From Gammaproteobacteria bacterium (GTDB lineage: Bacteria > Pseudomonadota > Gammaproteobacteria > CAKMZV01): a stretch of 64,000 nt of DNA. The position numbers and the translations under genes are program-made. The stretch lies in assembly GCA_965277775.1 (NCBI GenBank), contig OZ255843.1, positions 1,209,641 through 1,273,640 on the forward strand, read 5' to 3'. Shown piece by piece: positions 28,551-39,480 of this stretch (its first letter is position 1; each line of letters begins with the position of its first letter). The notes beneath the pieces are model-generated. The model was not told the DNA's origin. It did not search any database and worked only from the letters and a program-made list of their open reading frames with translations.

Positions 28551-29891
28551 TTAGGAGGTGATTTGGGCGCCTTTGAGCGAGTTTTTATAGACGTCGGTGA
28601 TGGTGACATCGACAAATTCACCGATCAGGTCTGGCGTACCTTTGAAGTTGACGACGATGTTATTTTCTGTTTTGCCCGCGACTTCCTCTACGTCATTGCG
28701 TGACAGTTTTTCAACCAATACGCGCTGAGTACTGCCCAACATTGACTGGGCTATTTTTTGGGCTTGTTCGTTCAGTAAATCCTGCAAAGCATACAGTCGT
28801 TGTTTCTTTTGTTTGAGAGAGACTTCATCAATGAGATCAGCCGCAGGGGTGCCTGGACGAGCGCTGTAAATAAAACTGAATGAGCGATCAAAAACCACGT
28901 CTTCTACCAATTTCATCGTTGCCTGAAAATCGGCCTCAGTTTCACCTGGAAAGCCCACGATAAAATCCGAAGACATTTTTAATTCAGGGCGGTTTTTGCG
29001 CAAGGATCGAATGATGTGTTTGTATTCAAGCGCTGTGTGATTGCGTTTCATCAGTTGCAGTATCCGATCTGAGCCCGATTGTACGGGTAGGTGGAGGTGG
29101 CTGACAAGTTCAGGGACTTCGGCGTAGCTTTGAATCAAAGCGGGTGTCATTTCCAAAGGGTGTGAGGTGGTAAAGCGAATGCGATCGATGCCCTCAATTT
29201 GGCTCACACAATCAATCAACAACGCTAAATCAGCGATGTCGCCATCGGGCATTGTGCCCTGGTAGGCGTTGACATTTTGTCCAAGCAGGTTGATTTCGCG
29301 CACACCTTGTTGGGCTAAATCTGACACTTCGTCTATGACTTGATTAAAGGGTCGGCTGACTTCTTCACCACGGGTGTAGGGCACGACGCAGAAAGAACAA
29401 TATTTTGAACAACCTTCCATGACTGAAACAAAGGCGCTCACGCCATTGGCTTCGTGCTTGGGCAAATGATCGAACTTCTCAATTTCAGGAAAGGAGATGT
29501 CCATCAACGGGACTTTTTTCTGCGATTGCTGAGATTTTAGGGCTTCATCTATGAGGGCGGGCAGTCGGTGCAGGCTTTGTGGGCCAAAAATAACATCAAC
29601 ATAGGGCACCCGTCGCCGAATATTATCGCCTTCTTGGGAGGCAACACAACCGCCGACGCCAATAACCCGACCTGGTTTTTCAGCCTTCCAGTTTTTCCAA
29701 ACGCCCAATTGGGTAAATACTTTTTCTTGCGCTTTTTCGCGGATTGAGCAGGTGTTCATCAAGATGACATCCGCGTCATCGGCATTATCAACCAATCCCA
29801 AACCATGGGTTTTTTTCAACAAACCCGCGATGCGTTCAGAATCGTATTCATTCATCTGACAGCCGTACGTTTTAATAAATAAATTTTTCAC
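28551..29891 (-). CDS. miaB: tRNA-2-methylthio-N6-dimethylallyladenosine synthase
   Basis: 446 aa; [19 protein letters not shown]-terminus, radical-SAM CSFCVVP cluster, TRAM domain. Confidence 0.93.
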   Translation of the reverse strand: MKNLFIKTYGCQMNEYDSERIAGLLKKTHGLGLVDNADDADVILMNTCSIREKAQEKVFTQLGVWKNWKAEKPGRVIGVGGCVASQEGDNIRRRVPYVDVIFGPQSLHRLPALIDEALKSQQSQKKVPLMDISFPEIEKFDHLPKHEANGVSAFVSVMEGCSKYCSFCVVPYTRGEEVSRPFNQVIDEVSDLAQQGVREINLLGQNVNAYQGTMPDGDIADLALLIDCVSQIEGIDRIRFTTSHPLEMTPALIQSYAEVPELVSHLHLPVQSGSDRILQLMKRNHTALEYKHIIRSLRKNRPELKMSSDFIVGFPGETEADFQATMKLVEDVVFDRSFSFIYSARPGTPAADLIDEVSLKQKKQRLYALQDLLNEQAQKIAQSMLGSTQRVLVEKLSRNDVEEVAGKTENNIVVNFKGTPDLIGEFVDVTITDVYKNSLKGAQITS

Positions 29892-30138
29892 CTTTGCCTC
29901 ATAAAGTAACAGGCTAGTACAGCCTATCCACGCGGTATTATACTTGAATCGCTCAAACGAACAGCGGGCTTCCCTCAGTGAACTTGATCATGCCTGAAGA
30001 AATGTCCTTATGATGAGGTCAATGGCAAACAGCATCAGCGGACAAAAAAGCATGATGACCGCATTTAGCAGAATATATGCCAGTTTTTTCAGAGGATTTG
30101 AGAGGTTATACAAAAGTGCGCAGAAGCGATACAATGAC

Positions 30139-31614
30139 GCAATGGTTCTGTTACTCTACCTTTTTTGTATCTTACTCGGCTATTTGGGCGGTATGGGCTT
30201 TGCGCCTTACGACTATAAAATCGCCTTGTTTGTGTCATTGATCGCCTTGATTTTTTTGATGTTCAGAAAAAGACCGCCACGGCAATCCTTTTTGATTGGG
30301 CTGTTTTGGGGGTTTGGCTTACATTTGCATACGGCAGAATGGATCTATTCAAGCATGCAGGTTCAAGCGATTGCGCCGTGGTTGAGTATTTTGTTATGCG
30401 GCATAGGCAGTTTGTATTGTGGGATTTATACTGGGCTTTTTGCTTGGATGGCCAATCGGCTGAATCCTTATTATGGGGTTTTTGCCAAAACACTGATTTT
30501 TGCGAGTTTGTGGGTCTTGTTAGAGTGGTTAAAGGGTTCAGTACTTCAAGGTTTTCCATGGATGACGGTGGGTTATGCCACTGCGGATACCGACTTGGTT
30601 AGGATTGTGCCGTATTTCGGGGTTTATGGCGCCTCATTTTTGTTGATGTTGGTGGTCGTGTTTTTCGCCATTTGGTTGCGCCATTTGCGGCGCTTAAAAG
30701 CCATTTTCTCGGCCATTGCGGTGTTTTTATTGGTGGCATTATTGCCACAAGAATTTGCTCAAAAAACGGGCGACGTTGTCAAAGTTTCGCTGGTTCAGGG
30801 CAATGTGCAGCAAAAAGAAAAGTGGGCGGCTTGGAATTTTAAGCCCAGTTTAGAAAAATATCGGTCTTTGACCGAACAGATTAGTTCCCAAACCCAATTG
30901 GTGGTATGGCCAGAATCAGCGGTTGCCAACGTGTGGTCGTTCTTTCCCAGAATATTGAAGAAAGAACTCAACCAACTGGCTGAACAAAAACAATGGACTC
31001 TGATCACCGGCACGCTCCACTCAGATAGTTATAGTCGCGGATGGACCAATGCGGTCAAATCCATTGACGATCGGTGGCAGTATGACAAACGTCTCTTGGT
31101 GCCCTTTAGTGAATATACGCCGTTTGAGAGCCTGACCACTGTTTTAATGCGCTGGTGGGGCTATGAATACAGCAATTTTCTCACGGGTCGTGCGCAACAA
31201 GAAATGTTACAGATTGGTGCGAGCCAGCTAAGTGTAAATATTTGCTACGAGCTGGCATTTTGGCAAGGCATTAACATGCACCTGCCTCAAGCAGGGGGCA
31301 TCATCAATGTAAGCAATGAAGCGTGGTTTGAATCAACTTCTGAGCAAGCACAATTTATGCAGATGGCGCAACTTCGGGCCAAAGAGGCTGGCCGCTACAT
31401 TGCCAGAGCAACCAATACGGGGATCACAGGCATCATCAATGAGCAAGGCGTGGTGCTGGTAAAACTGCCTCAAGCTCAAGCAGATGTGTTAACCGCTGAC
31501 ATGCCGATGTTTAAAGGACAAACGCCCTTTTATATTTGGGGCAATCAATGGATTTGGGCACTATTGCCCCTCCTTCTAATCCTGTTATTTTTCGGGCAGA
31601 AACGACGCCTGTAA
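30139..31614 (+). CDS. lnt: apolipoprotein N-acyltransferase (start placed at internal Met; ORF track begins 30010)
   Basis: Eight TM N-domain then CN-hydrolase domain (VWPESA..., catalytic Cys in NICYE); N-terminal 43 codons of maximal ORF have no homology to Lnt. Confidence 0.85.
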   Translation, partial: AMVLLLYLFCILLGYLGGMGFAPYDYKIALFVSLIALIFLMFRKRPPRQSFLIGLFWGFGLHLHTAEWIYSSMQVQAIAPWLSILLCGIGSLYCGIYTGLFAWMANRLNPYYGVFAKTLIFASLWVLLEWLKGSVLQGFPWMTVGYATADTDLVRIVPYFGVYGASFLLMLVVVFFAIWLRHLRRLKAIFSAIAVFLLVALLPQEFAQKTGDVVKVSLVQGNVQQKEKWAAWNFKPSLEKYRSLTEQISSQTQLVVWPESAVANVWSFFPRILKKELNQLAEQKQWTLITGTLHSDSYSRGWTNAVKSIDDRWQYDKRLLVPFSEYTPFESLTTVLMRWWGYEYSNFLTGRAQQEMLQIGASQLSVNICYELAFWQGINMHLPQAGGIINVSNEAWFESTSEQAQFMQMAQLRAKEAGRYIARATNTGITGIINEQGVVLVKLPQAQADVLTADMPMFKGQTPFYIWGNQWIWALLPLLLILLFFGQKRRL

Positions 31615-32730
31615 ATCATTTAAAAAACGCAATCCCAAAGCAGAGGCTTTGATTCTTTGCGGGCTGATCTCTAATAAGCCCTTTGATTCTGCTTGGGCGA
31701 ATAGTACCGCGTAATCAGAAAGCTTTAAACCGTGCAAACGCAAAATTTTCGGGTCAAAACCGTCGGTTAATCGCAAAGCATTGAGCAGAATTTCAAACAG
31801 AATATCCGCTTGCGCTATAGGTTGAACAAGCAGGCTGGATTGTTTTTTGATCAGTTCGACGTAGCGCATGGGGGCCGCTGGATGGCGTGTACGATATGGC
31901 TGATTGTTATGACTGATTTTGCCGTGAGCCCCGCAACCAATGCCGATGTAATCACCAAATTGCCAATAGTTCATATTGTGATTGCAATATTTTTGAGCTC
32001 GACAAAAAGCGGAGATTTCGTATCTTTGGAAACCGCTATCAGCCATTAAGGCCATGGCGGCTTGATGGAGGTCATCAATGACGGTCTCATCTGGCAATGC
32101 TGGTGGGCGTCTATAGAAGGGTGTATTTGGCTCAAGTGTCAATTGGTAGTACGACAGGTGTTCAATAGGGTAGGACAGCGCTGTTTCCACATCTTGCAGA
32201 CCTTGTTCGTGCGTTTGATTGGGCAAACCAAACATCAAATCAATGTTGAGCCGAGCAAAGTGCTTCAGCGCGCATTCAATGGCTTGGTGGGCTTGTTTGC
32301 CGTTGTGAATGCGCCCTAAGGCCTTGAGGTGCTGTTCGTTAAATGACTGCACCCCTAGCGAAAGACGGTTCACCCCAACGGCCGCATAGGTTTTAAAATG
32401 GCCTTCATCTAAGGTGCCAGGATTGGCTTCTAAGGTCACCTCACAATCATCGCTCAAGCGACAGAATTTGGCAATGCTTTCTATCATTTGACCAATGGCT
32501 GCACCAGAAAACAACGAGGGCGTACCACCACCGAAAAATATACTGGCAATGGGACGCTGGATTTGCCAACGCTCGCATTGTTGGCGCAAATCATCGAGTA
32601 ATGCGTCAATGTAGAGCGTTTCGGGAAGGTTTTGCGGTGCGGTGTGCGAGTTAAAATCACAATAGGGGCACTTCTGGACACACCAAGGGAGGTGGACGTA
32701 TAAACTGAGCGGTTGTTCTGAATCAGTCAC
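31585..32730 (-). CDS. hemW: radical-SAM heme chaperone HemW (start placed at GTG 4 nt after rdgB stop)
   Basis: PLSLYVHLPWCVQKCPYCDFNS matches HemW N-terminus; maximal ORF would overlap rdgB by 100 nt. Confidence 0.85.
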   Translation of the reverse strand: MTDSEQPLSLYVHLPWCVQKCPYCDFNSHTAPQNLPETLYIDALLDDLRQQCERWQIQRPIASIFFGGGTPSLFSGAAIGQMIESIAKFCRLSDDCEVTLEANPGTLDEGHFKTYAAVGVNRLSLGVQSFNEQHLKALGRIHNGKQAHQAIECALKHFARLNIDLMFGLPNQTHEQGLQDVETALSYPIEHLSYYQLTLEPNTPFYRRPPALPDETVIDDLHQAAMALMADSGFQRYEISAFCRAQKYCNHNMNYWQFGDYIGIGCGAHGKISHNNQPYRTRHPAAPMRYVELIKKQSSLLVQPIAQADILFEILLNALRLTDGFDPKILRLHGLKLSDYAVLFAQAESKGLLEISPQRIKASALGLRFLNDLQASFLPEK

Positions 32731-32734
32731 AAGC

Positions 32735-33334
32735 TCATTGGCTGAGCCAAGGGCGGAGTTTTTCCTTAAGTTTTTGGATGGCTTGGCCGCGATGTGACAA
32801 TTGATTTTTTTGTTCAAGGCTGATTTCTGCTGCACTACAACCCTTGTCTAATAAAAATACTGGGTCATAGCCGAAACCCCCACTGCCCTGACTCGATTGA
32901 GCAATATGCCCATGCCAGACGCCTTGGGCGATGATGGGGAGCGGGTCATCGGCATGCGTAACAAAAGCAAGAATACAGATGAATTTGGCTTGACGATCTT
33001 GTGTTTGCGCCAGCGTCATGAGCAGATGCTCAATGTTCTCTTGATCGCTTGCATCAGTACTGGCAAAGCGTGCTGAGTGAATGCCAGGCGCACCGCGCAA
33101 TGCTTTGACGGCCAAACCCGAATCGTCGGCAAATGCTGGGCAATTAGAATGCTTAGAAGCATAGCGCGCTTTAAGAATGGCGTTTTCGATGAAGGTCATA
33201 CCCGTTTCTTCGGGGCTGGTGATGCCAAAATCGGACTGTGGGCGCACCTGACAATCAAAGTCAGAGAAGGCTTTTTGCACCTCTTTTAGTTTGCCCAGAT
33301 TGCCCGAGGCAAAGACAAGTTCCGTCGCACTCAT
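32735..33334 (-). CDS. rdgB: non-canonical purine NTP pyrophosphatase RdgB/Ham1
   Basis: 199 aa; FASGNLGKLKE N-terminus and SHRG motif; conserved rdgB-hemW pairing. Confidence 0.88.
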   Translation of the reverse strand: MSATELVFASGNLGKLKEVQKAFSDFDCQVRPQSDFGITSPEETGMTFIENAILKARYASKHSNCPAFADDSGLAVKALRGAPGIHSARFASTDASDQENIEHLLMTLAQTQDRQAKFICILAFVTHADDPLPIIAQGVWHGHIAQSSQGSGGFGYDPVFLLDKGCSAAEISLEQKNQLSHRGQAIQKLKEKLRPWLSQ

Positions 33335-33338
33335 GCGT

Positions 33339-33803
33339 TTATTCTTTGGGCTCTAAGGTTAAATACAATGTGATCCGATCACGAAAACCTTGCGAGACCC
33401 ACTGAGTGCTGAGCGTTTTGTATCCAGGCGCTTCAATGATGAAATGTATATGCGGCGGTTTGATTCCAGGGTACTCGGTTTCAAATCCGAACTGCCCTTT
33501 GGCGTTGACCCGAATGACCGAATAAAAACGATCGTGATAGCGTCCATCTTTGCCAGCTTGCCAGTGCGTGACTTTGGCATTGGCAATGGCCTTGCAATCG
33601 GTGGCTGAAAACACCGTACCACGGACAAAAAAACCTTTGCCCACATCGCCTTTTTCCGCGGTCACCGCTTTGTAATGGGTGCCTTTAGACATTTGTGGTG
33701 TGGGCTCACAGGCGTACTCGGCCAGCGCAGCGCTCGCAGTAAAACTCAGACACAGTGTCATGAGGCATTTAATGTTATAAAATTTGTGCATAAAAAATCT
33801 CAC
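33339..33803 (-). CDS. secreted intradiol-dioxygenase-like small protein (COG3485-like)
   Basis: 154 aa with signal peptide; WQAGKDGRYHDR...PPHIHF pattern typical of intradiol ring-cleavage dioxygenase fold. Confidence 0.5.
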   Translation of the reverse strand: MRFFMHKFYNIKCLMTLCLSFTASAALAEYACEPTPQMSKGTHYKAVTAEKGDVGKGFFVRGTVFSATDCKAIANAKVTHWQAGKDGRYHDRFYSVIRVNAKGQFGFETEYPGIKPPHIHFIIEAPGYKTLSTQWVSQGFRDRITLYLTLEPKE

Positions 33804-33942
33804 AGTGACAAGGCGGTAAAGGATGCATCATCGGATGACCATAGTCTATACCAACTTCACCCGAAGAATGCATTTTATCATAGTGGGACGCCGAGGCGTT
33901 TTTACTTGAAATGTGCATTCATCAAGCCAGCCGCATTGAGGA

Positions 33943-34896
33943 TCAGCGTTTGGGATTGACTTCATAGCCTGGAACTTCTGGTTCATCATCGAGCATCTCT
34001 TCGGGGAATCCTTCGCCTAAAACACGGACTTGGCACGTATCTTCTAATCGCCGAATGATGTTGGGTGATAATTCTCGATCGCCGTAGCGCTTGATGCCAT
34101 CCTTAAAAATATCGATCATCAGGGGGGAAATTTCTAAAGGCACTTGATGTTGTTCGGCATAGGTTTGAAATAGTCCAATGTCTTTGAGCACCAAGTCCAT
34201 GGTAAAACTGATGTCTCGACTGCCATTTAAAATCACTTGAGATTCTGTCTCGTGGACAAAAGAATTGCCTGAGGAAATGCGGATCGCTTCGTAGGCTATA
34301 TTCATGTCAAAACCCATCACTTTACTTACGGTGAGCGCCTCACTTAAGGCTAATAAATGGGCGGTGGCGAGATAGTTGGTGACGACTTTGAGCACGGAAG
34401 CAGAGCCCAAAGGCCCAGTGTGTAGAATTCTGCGCCCCATGGTTTTTAATAGGGGCAGGATGTGTTCAAATTCGGAGCGTTCACAACCCGCAAATATGGC
34501 AATATTGCCCGTATCGGCGCGATGACAGCCCCCAGATACAGGGCAATCAACCGACACCGCATTTTTTGCCTTAACCAATGCCCCAATGCGTTCAACTTCT
34601 TGAGCGTCGGTGGTGCTCATTTCTAACCAGTATTGCCCCGACTTTAACTGCGGGAGGGCTTCAGCCATCACTTCGGCACAAATGGCAGGAGAGGGCAAGC
34701 AGGTGATTAAAACATCAACGTTTTGCGCTATTTGGGTTGTGGAATCCGCAGATTTAGCCCCTTTGCGGACAAAATCGTTCATTCGCTCTTTGTCTAAGTC
34801 AAGCACGGTCAGGTCAAAATGATTGCGTAGCAAACTGCCGGCGAGCTTTGACCCAACATTACCTAATCCAATAAATCCAATTTTTAATGCAGTCAT
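33943..34896 (-). CDS. NAD(P)-dependent oxidoreductase, 3-hydroxyisobutyrate/6-phosphogluconate dehydrogenase family
   Basis: Rossmann GFIGLGNVG N-terminus; HIBADH-like catalytic region; ~30-aa acidic C-terminal extension. Confidence 0.75.
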   Translation of the reverse strand: MTALKIGFIGLGNVGSKLAGSLLRNHFDLTVLDLDKERMNDFVRKGAKSADSTTQIAQNVDVLITCLPSPAICAEVMAEALPQLKSGQYWLEMSTTDAQEVERIGALVKAKNAVSVDCPVSGGCHRADTGNIAIFAGCERSEFEHILPLLKTMGRRILHTGPLGSASVLKVVTNYLATAHLLALSEALTVSKVMGFDMNIAYEAIRISSGNSFVHETESQVILNGSRDISFTMDLVLKDIGLFQTYAEQHQVPLEISPLMIDIFKDGIKRYGDRELSPNIIRRLEDTCQVRVLGEGFPEEMLDDEPEVPGYEVNPKR

Positions 34897-34922
34897 ATCA
34901 ATCTCTGTTGGTGGTAATACAG

Positions 34923-35267
34923 TCAGTTGGTTTGAATGTTCGTTTTACGGTTGTTGGGGGTGATGTGGGCAAAAGCCGCATCGCCATACGATCGTTCTAT
35001 TTTTGCAATGACAACGTGGTAGCCTTTGTACCATTTTGCATATTGTCGTTTTGCTTCTAAGTGTTTGGGATGCATGGCAAATTGTTTTAAGGCCGCCTGA
35101 TCTGACCAATAATAGGTTGAGCTGATGCGGTCGCTTGAAATGGACTTCCACGATTCACTGCCTTCAAAGCCAGCGGAGGCCTCTGCGACTTCTTGAATCA
35201 AATTATTGAGGGCATGAAATTTGTCATCATAGGTGCCTGCATCGTAGATGAATGTTGCCGAATACAT
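34923..35267 (-). CDS. small ABM/Dabb-fold (antibiotic biosynthesis monooxygenase-like) protein (start at internal Met with AGGAGG RBS)
   Basis: 115 aa from MYSATFIYDAG...; perfect AGGAGG 7 nt upstream of ATG at 35267; ferredoxin-like ABM pattern; weak call. Confidence 0.45.
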   Translation of the reverse strand: MYSATFIYDAGTYDDKFHALNNLIQEVAEASAGFEGSESWKSISSDRISSTYYWSDQAALKQFAMHPKHLEAKRQYAKWYKGYHVVIAKIERSYGDAAFAHITPNNRKTNIQTN

Positions 35268-35465
35268 AATGAATCGCCTCCTGTTTTGTTTGAGTATTTG
35301 CTGTAAATCAGAGCAAATCATTATATTCAGAATTGGTTTGAGGTGCTGAAAAGTTGAGGCTTGCAGAAGTTGAAGCATCAGCACAACCTAAAACGATGGC
35401 TAATGTAGTAAAATCAGATCAATGCGCGTATGCACAATGTCGTAATTAAACTTATGGAGCGAAAG

Positions 35466-36368
35466 ATGAGCAATCAAATATTCAACAAAAAACCATCCTT
35501 AATGTATGTATTAATGGTTTCCATTTTGGGCTTTTTCGTCATGCCAGCTTATGCTGAGGTGACGATTAAAGTGCAAAAAGTCCGCGGCAGTGTCAGCATG
35601 TTGACGGGTCAAGGTGGCAATATTGGGGTTTCAGCGGGGGATGATGGGGTCTTTATGATTGATGACCAATTTGCGCCTTTGAGTCGAAAAATCACAGACG
35701 CCATTGCGTCGATCAGCGATGAACCCATCCGATTTTTATTAAACACCCATTGGCATTCAGATCATACGGGCGGAAATGAAAATTTTGGACGCGCAGGCGC
35801 AACGATCATCGCCCATGAAAATGTGCGCAAATTGATGAGCACAAATCAAGAGATTAAATTTTTCAAAGCCAAAATTCCGGCACGCACCGGCGCTGCTTTG
35901 CCTGTGATTACTTTTAATGATCGCGCCACCTTCTTTCTCAACGACGAGCAAATTGAAGTCAGACACCTACCGCCAGCGCATACCAATGGCGATTCCTTTG
36001 TGATTTTCAAAGAGGCCAATGTCATTCATTCAGGCGATGTTTTTTTTAACGGGATTTATCCCTTCATTGATCGAGAACACGGGGGTTCATTGGCTGGTAT
36101 GATCCAATCTGCCAAAATCATCGCAAGCTATGCCGACGACGACACGAAAATCATTCCTGGACACGGCGCAATGGGCAACAAAGCGGATTTGCTCCGTTTT
36201 ATAGACATGCTGAGCCACACCAAAAAACAATTGGACAAGGCCAAACAATCAGGGAAGTCTATTGCGCAAATAATTGCCGATAAACCATTGGCTGAAATCA
36301 GCGCTCAATGGGGCAAAGGGTTTTTATCAACCGATAATTTTATAACCATGCTGCTGACAGAATATTAA
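35466..36368 (+). CDS. secreted metallo-beta-lactamase-fold hydrolase
   Basis: Signal peptide; HWHSDHTGG (HxHxDH) zinc motif; GGAG RBS before ATG at 35466. Confidence 0.75.
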   Translation: MSNQIFNKKPSLMYVLMVSILGFFVMPAYAEVTIKVQKVRGSVSMLTGQGGNIGVSAGDDGVFMIDDQFAPLSRKITDAIASISDEPIRFLLNTHWHSDHTGGNENFGRAGATIIAHENVRKLMSTNQEIKFFKAKIPARTGAALPVITFNDRATFFLNDEQIEVRHLPPAHTNGDSFVIFKEANVIHSGDVFFNGIYPFIDREHGGSLAGMIQSAKIIASYADDDTKIIPGHGAMGNKADLLRFIDMLSHTKKQLDKAKQSGKSIAQIIADKPLAEISAQWGKGFLSTDNFITMLLTEY

Positions 36369-36375
36369 GCGCTTT

Positions 36376-36840
36376 TTATGAGTCGCTCGGACTTGGTGCT
36401 GGAAAGGGATTTTTGAAAGAAAACGCCTCAGCGGTTGCACCTTCTCGTTGCAGTTGATCCAATCGCTTTTTGGCTTCAACCAAATTAGGTCTGTGTCCCG
36501 CCTTGACCCACCAAAGCACCACAGAGACCTCCAAATGCTCAAACCACTCATTGCGCCGACGCATGATTTTTCTGTGTTCGGCATTGTGATAGACAAACGC
36601 GCTCAAAGCCTCGATACTCGACCAAAGCGATAGGGTTGAAATGACATGGGCATGACCAAAAACGGCAAACTCTAATTCAGGCGTGCTTTGAGTAAATCGC
36701 CAAATGAAATCGCTTTGTGCTTCAGCCAGGGCATTGATCCGTTCGATGTTGTTGACAAAGTCCACATTGGCGGGGTCATCCATGGGCTTAATAAAGCGCG
36801 CAATATTAAGCTCTGCTAAGTAATAGGTTTTTTGCTTCAT
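36376..36840 (-). CDS. DUF3291-like hypothetical protein
   Basis: 154 aa; N-terminal YYLAELNIARF..PMDDP motif reminiscent of DUF3291; convergent with MBL gene. Confidence 0.4.
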   Translation of the reverse strand: MKQKTYYLAELNIARFIKPMDDPANVDFVNNIERINALAEAQSDFIWRFTQSTPELEFAVFGHAHVISTLSLWSSIEALSAFVYHNAEHRKIMRRRNEWFEHLEVSVVLWWVKAGHRPNLVEAKKRLDQLQREGATAEAFSFKNPFPAPSPSDS

Positions 36841-36873
36841 TTCAATAGGGATGAAGTACCTAGCACACGAGGC

Positions 36874-39480
36874 TTATTTTGAAATGTGCGCTTCCAACCA
36901 TTGCGGAATGGACTGTAGTGCCGCATCAATCTTCTCAGGTTTTGAGCCGCCCGCCATAGCCATATTTGGACGTCCGCCGCCCTTGCCCCCAACTTGTTGA
37001 GCAACATGGTTGACGAGATCGCCCGCCTTAACTTGATTGGTCAAGTCATCGGTCACACCACAAACGATTGAAACCTTTGCATCCGCCACACTGGCTAAAA
37101 CGATGATGGCAGAATGCAATTTTTGCTTCAGCTCGTCAATCATGCCCCGTAAATCTTTATTTGACTGGTCGTCGATGCGCTCAATCAACACAGGCAAGCC
37201 GGCAATTTGTTGAACTTGTTGGCTAAAATCTTGGCTTTTTAGGGCATTTAACTGCTGGTTTAATTCGGCAATTTTGTTTTCTGCAAGTTTTAATTTATCC
37301 GCTTGCGATAAAACTCTTTGACCGATTTGTTCCAATGAACTATTAAAAGATTGGGCCAAGTCATACAAGGTGCCGATGTGCTGGTTGACCCATTGTTGAG
37401 CCGGTTTTCCACACAGAGCCTCTAATCGTCTAACGCCTGAGGAAATACCCGATTCTGAGACAATTTTAAAGAAACCAATCTGACCCGTTGAGGAGACGTG
37501 GGTGCCACCACAAAGTTCAGTGGAGCAGTCTTCCATTTTAACCACGCGAACAATGTCGGCATATTTTTCGCCAAATAGCGCCATGGCGCCTAATTTTTTG
37601 GCTTCATCAATGGGCATGGTGTTGGTGGTCACGGCAAGATTGCTCAAAATGTAGTCATTAACTTGCGTTTCAACACGGCGCTGCTCTTGGACTGAAACAG
37701 GCATGGCATGTGAGAAATCAAAGCGTAAGCGGTCGGGTTCAACCAAAGAGCCTTTTTGGGCTACGTGCGTGCCCAATACATCTCTTAATGCCGCGTGTAA
37801 TAGATGCGTTGCGCTGTGGTGGCATTCAGCATGGCCTCGTGTTTCTGTATCGATCGCTGCCTCAACGGCTTCACCCGTGGTGAATGATCCTTTGCTCATT
37901 GTGCCAATACAGACGCTGGCTTCGCCCATTTTTTGCGTGTCAGTCACGTTGAATTGCCCTGTCGTGGTTGATAAAACACCCCGATCACCGACTTGTCCGC
38001 CCGCCTCGGCGTAAAAAGGCGTTTGCTCTAATACGATCCAGCCTTGCTGCCCTTCAGTGAGGCTGTCGCAGGCTTCATTGTCTAGATAAAGTGCTAGAAT
38101 TTTTGTCTGTTGGATGCTTGTTTCGTAGCCCACAAATTGATTTTTTTCTGTCACAGCTGTGGTGGCAGATTGATCAAAAAATTTGTTGCTTTGCCGCGCT
38201 TGCGCTTGTTGGACTTTCATCCGATCTTCAAAGCCTGCTTCATCAATGGTCAGATCGTGTTCGCGGGCAACATCGGCGACTAAATCCACTGGAAAACCAA
38301 ATGTGTCGTATAGACGAAAAACCGTTTCACCAGAAATAACCGAACCCTTGAGCTGTTTGATTTCATCTTCTAAGATGCGCATGCCATTGTCTAAGGATTC
38401 ACGGAATCGAATCTCCTCTTGTTTCAAGGTGTTTTCTAATAGGGCTTGTTGTACCACCAACTGGGGGTATGCTTCGCCCATGGTGGCAGCCAAAGCAGGC
38501 ATCATTTTGTAGAAAAACGGCGTGCTCTGCCCCAGCTTGTGCCCATGACGAACGGCGCGACGAATGATGCGGCGTAAAACATAACCGCGACCCTCATTCG
38601 AAGGCAGGATGCCATCCACAATAAGGAAAGCACAAGAGCGAATGTGGTCGGCGATGACTCTTAATGAGGGACTGTCGGGATCAGCCATTGGAATGCACTG
38701 ATGTGCCGCTTGGGTCAAATCCTTAAACAGGTCAATGTCGAAATTGTTGTGGACGTTTTGAATAACCGCGCTTACCCGCTCCAAGCCCATGCCTGTGTCA
38801 ACCGAAGGTCGGGGTAAGGGGTCTAAGGTGCCATCGGCTTGGCGATTAAACTGCATAAAAACCAAGTTCCAAATCTCAATGTATCGATCGCCATCTTCTT
38901 CGGGAGAGCCAGGCGGGCCTCCTTCAACCTCAGGGCCATGATCGTAAAAGATTTCTGAACACGGCCCACATGGACCAGTGTTACCCATAGACCAAAAGTT
39001 GTCTTTTTCGCCACAGCGAGAAAATTTAAGGGGGTCAATGCCAATGATATTTTTCCAAATGGCTTCAGCTTCTGCATCATCCTCATAGACGGTGATCCAA
39101 AGTTTTTCCTTGGGGAGCTTGAGCACTTCGGTTAAAAATTCCCAGGCGTAAATGATGGCTTGTTCTTTGAAATAATCGCCAAAACTGAAATTGCCAAGCA
39201 TTTCAAAAAATGTATGGTGTCGAGCCGTGTAGCCGACATTATCTAAATCATTGTGTTTGCCGCCTGCACGAACGCAACGTTGGGCAGTGGTTGCTCTATT
39301 GTACGGGCGTTGTTCAACCCCCAGAAATACGTCTTTAAAGGGCACCATGCCGGCATTTGTAAACAGCAAAGTCTTGTCACCCGCTGGTACCAAAGACCCA
39401 CTTTCTACAATGGTGTGACCGCGTTGCTCGAAAAAAGATAAGAAGGCGCGACGAATATCAGCCGTGGTTTTGGTTGTCAT
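36874..39480 (-). CDS. alaS: alanine--tRNA ligase
   Basis: 868 aa; class II aaRS catalytic core (FTNAGMVPFK; GGKHNDLDNVG), editing domain HxxxH...CGGTHV, C-terminal DHHA1. Confidence 0.96.
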   Translation of the reverse strand: MTTKTTADIRRAFLSFFEQRGHTIVESGSLVPAGDKTLLFTNAGMVPFKDVFLGVEQRPYNRATTAQRCVRAGGKHNDLDNVGYTARHHTFFEMLGNFSFGDYFKEQAIIYAWEFLTEVLKLPKEKLWITVYEDDAEAEAIWKNIIGIDPLKFSRCGEKDNFWSMGNTGPCGPCSEIFYDHGPEVEGGPPGSPEEDGDRYIEIWNLVFMQFNRQADGTLDPLPRPSVDTGMGLERVSAVIQNVHNNFDIDLFKDLTQAAHQCIPMADPDSPSLRVIADHIRSCAFLIVDGILPSNEGRGYVLRRIIRRAVRHGHKLGQSTPFFYKMMPALAATMGEAYPQLVVQQALLENTLKQEEIRFRESLDNGMRILEDEIKQLKGSVISGETVFRLYDTFGFPVDLVADVAREHDLTIDEAGFEDRMKVQQAQARQSNKFFDQSATTAVTEKNQFVGYETSIQQTKILALYLDNEACDSLTEGQQGWIVLEQTPFYAEAGGQVGDRGVLSTTTGQFNVTDTQKMGEASVCIGTMSKGSFTTGEAVEAAIDTETRGHAECHHSATHLLHAALRDVLGTHVAQKGSLVEPDRLRFDFSHAMPVSVQEQRRVETQVNDYILSNLAVTTNTMPIDEAKKLGAMALFGEKYADIVRVVKMEDCSTELCGGTHVSSTGQIGFFKIVSESGISSGVRRLEALCGKPAQQWVNQHIGTLYDLAQSFNSSLEQIGQRVLSQADKLKLAENKIAELNQQLNALKSQDFSQQVQQIAGLPVLIERIDDQSNKDLRGMIDELKQKLHSAIIVLASVADAKVSIVCGVTDDLTNQVKAGDLVNHVAQQVGGKGGGRPNMAMAGGSKPEKIDAALQSIPQWLEAHISK

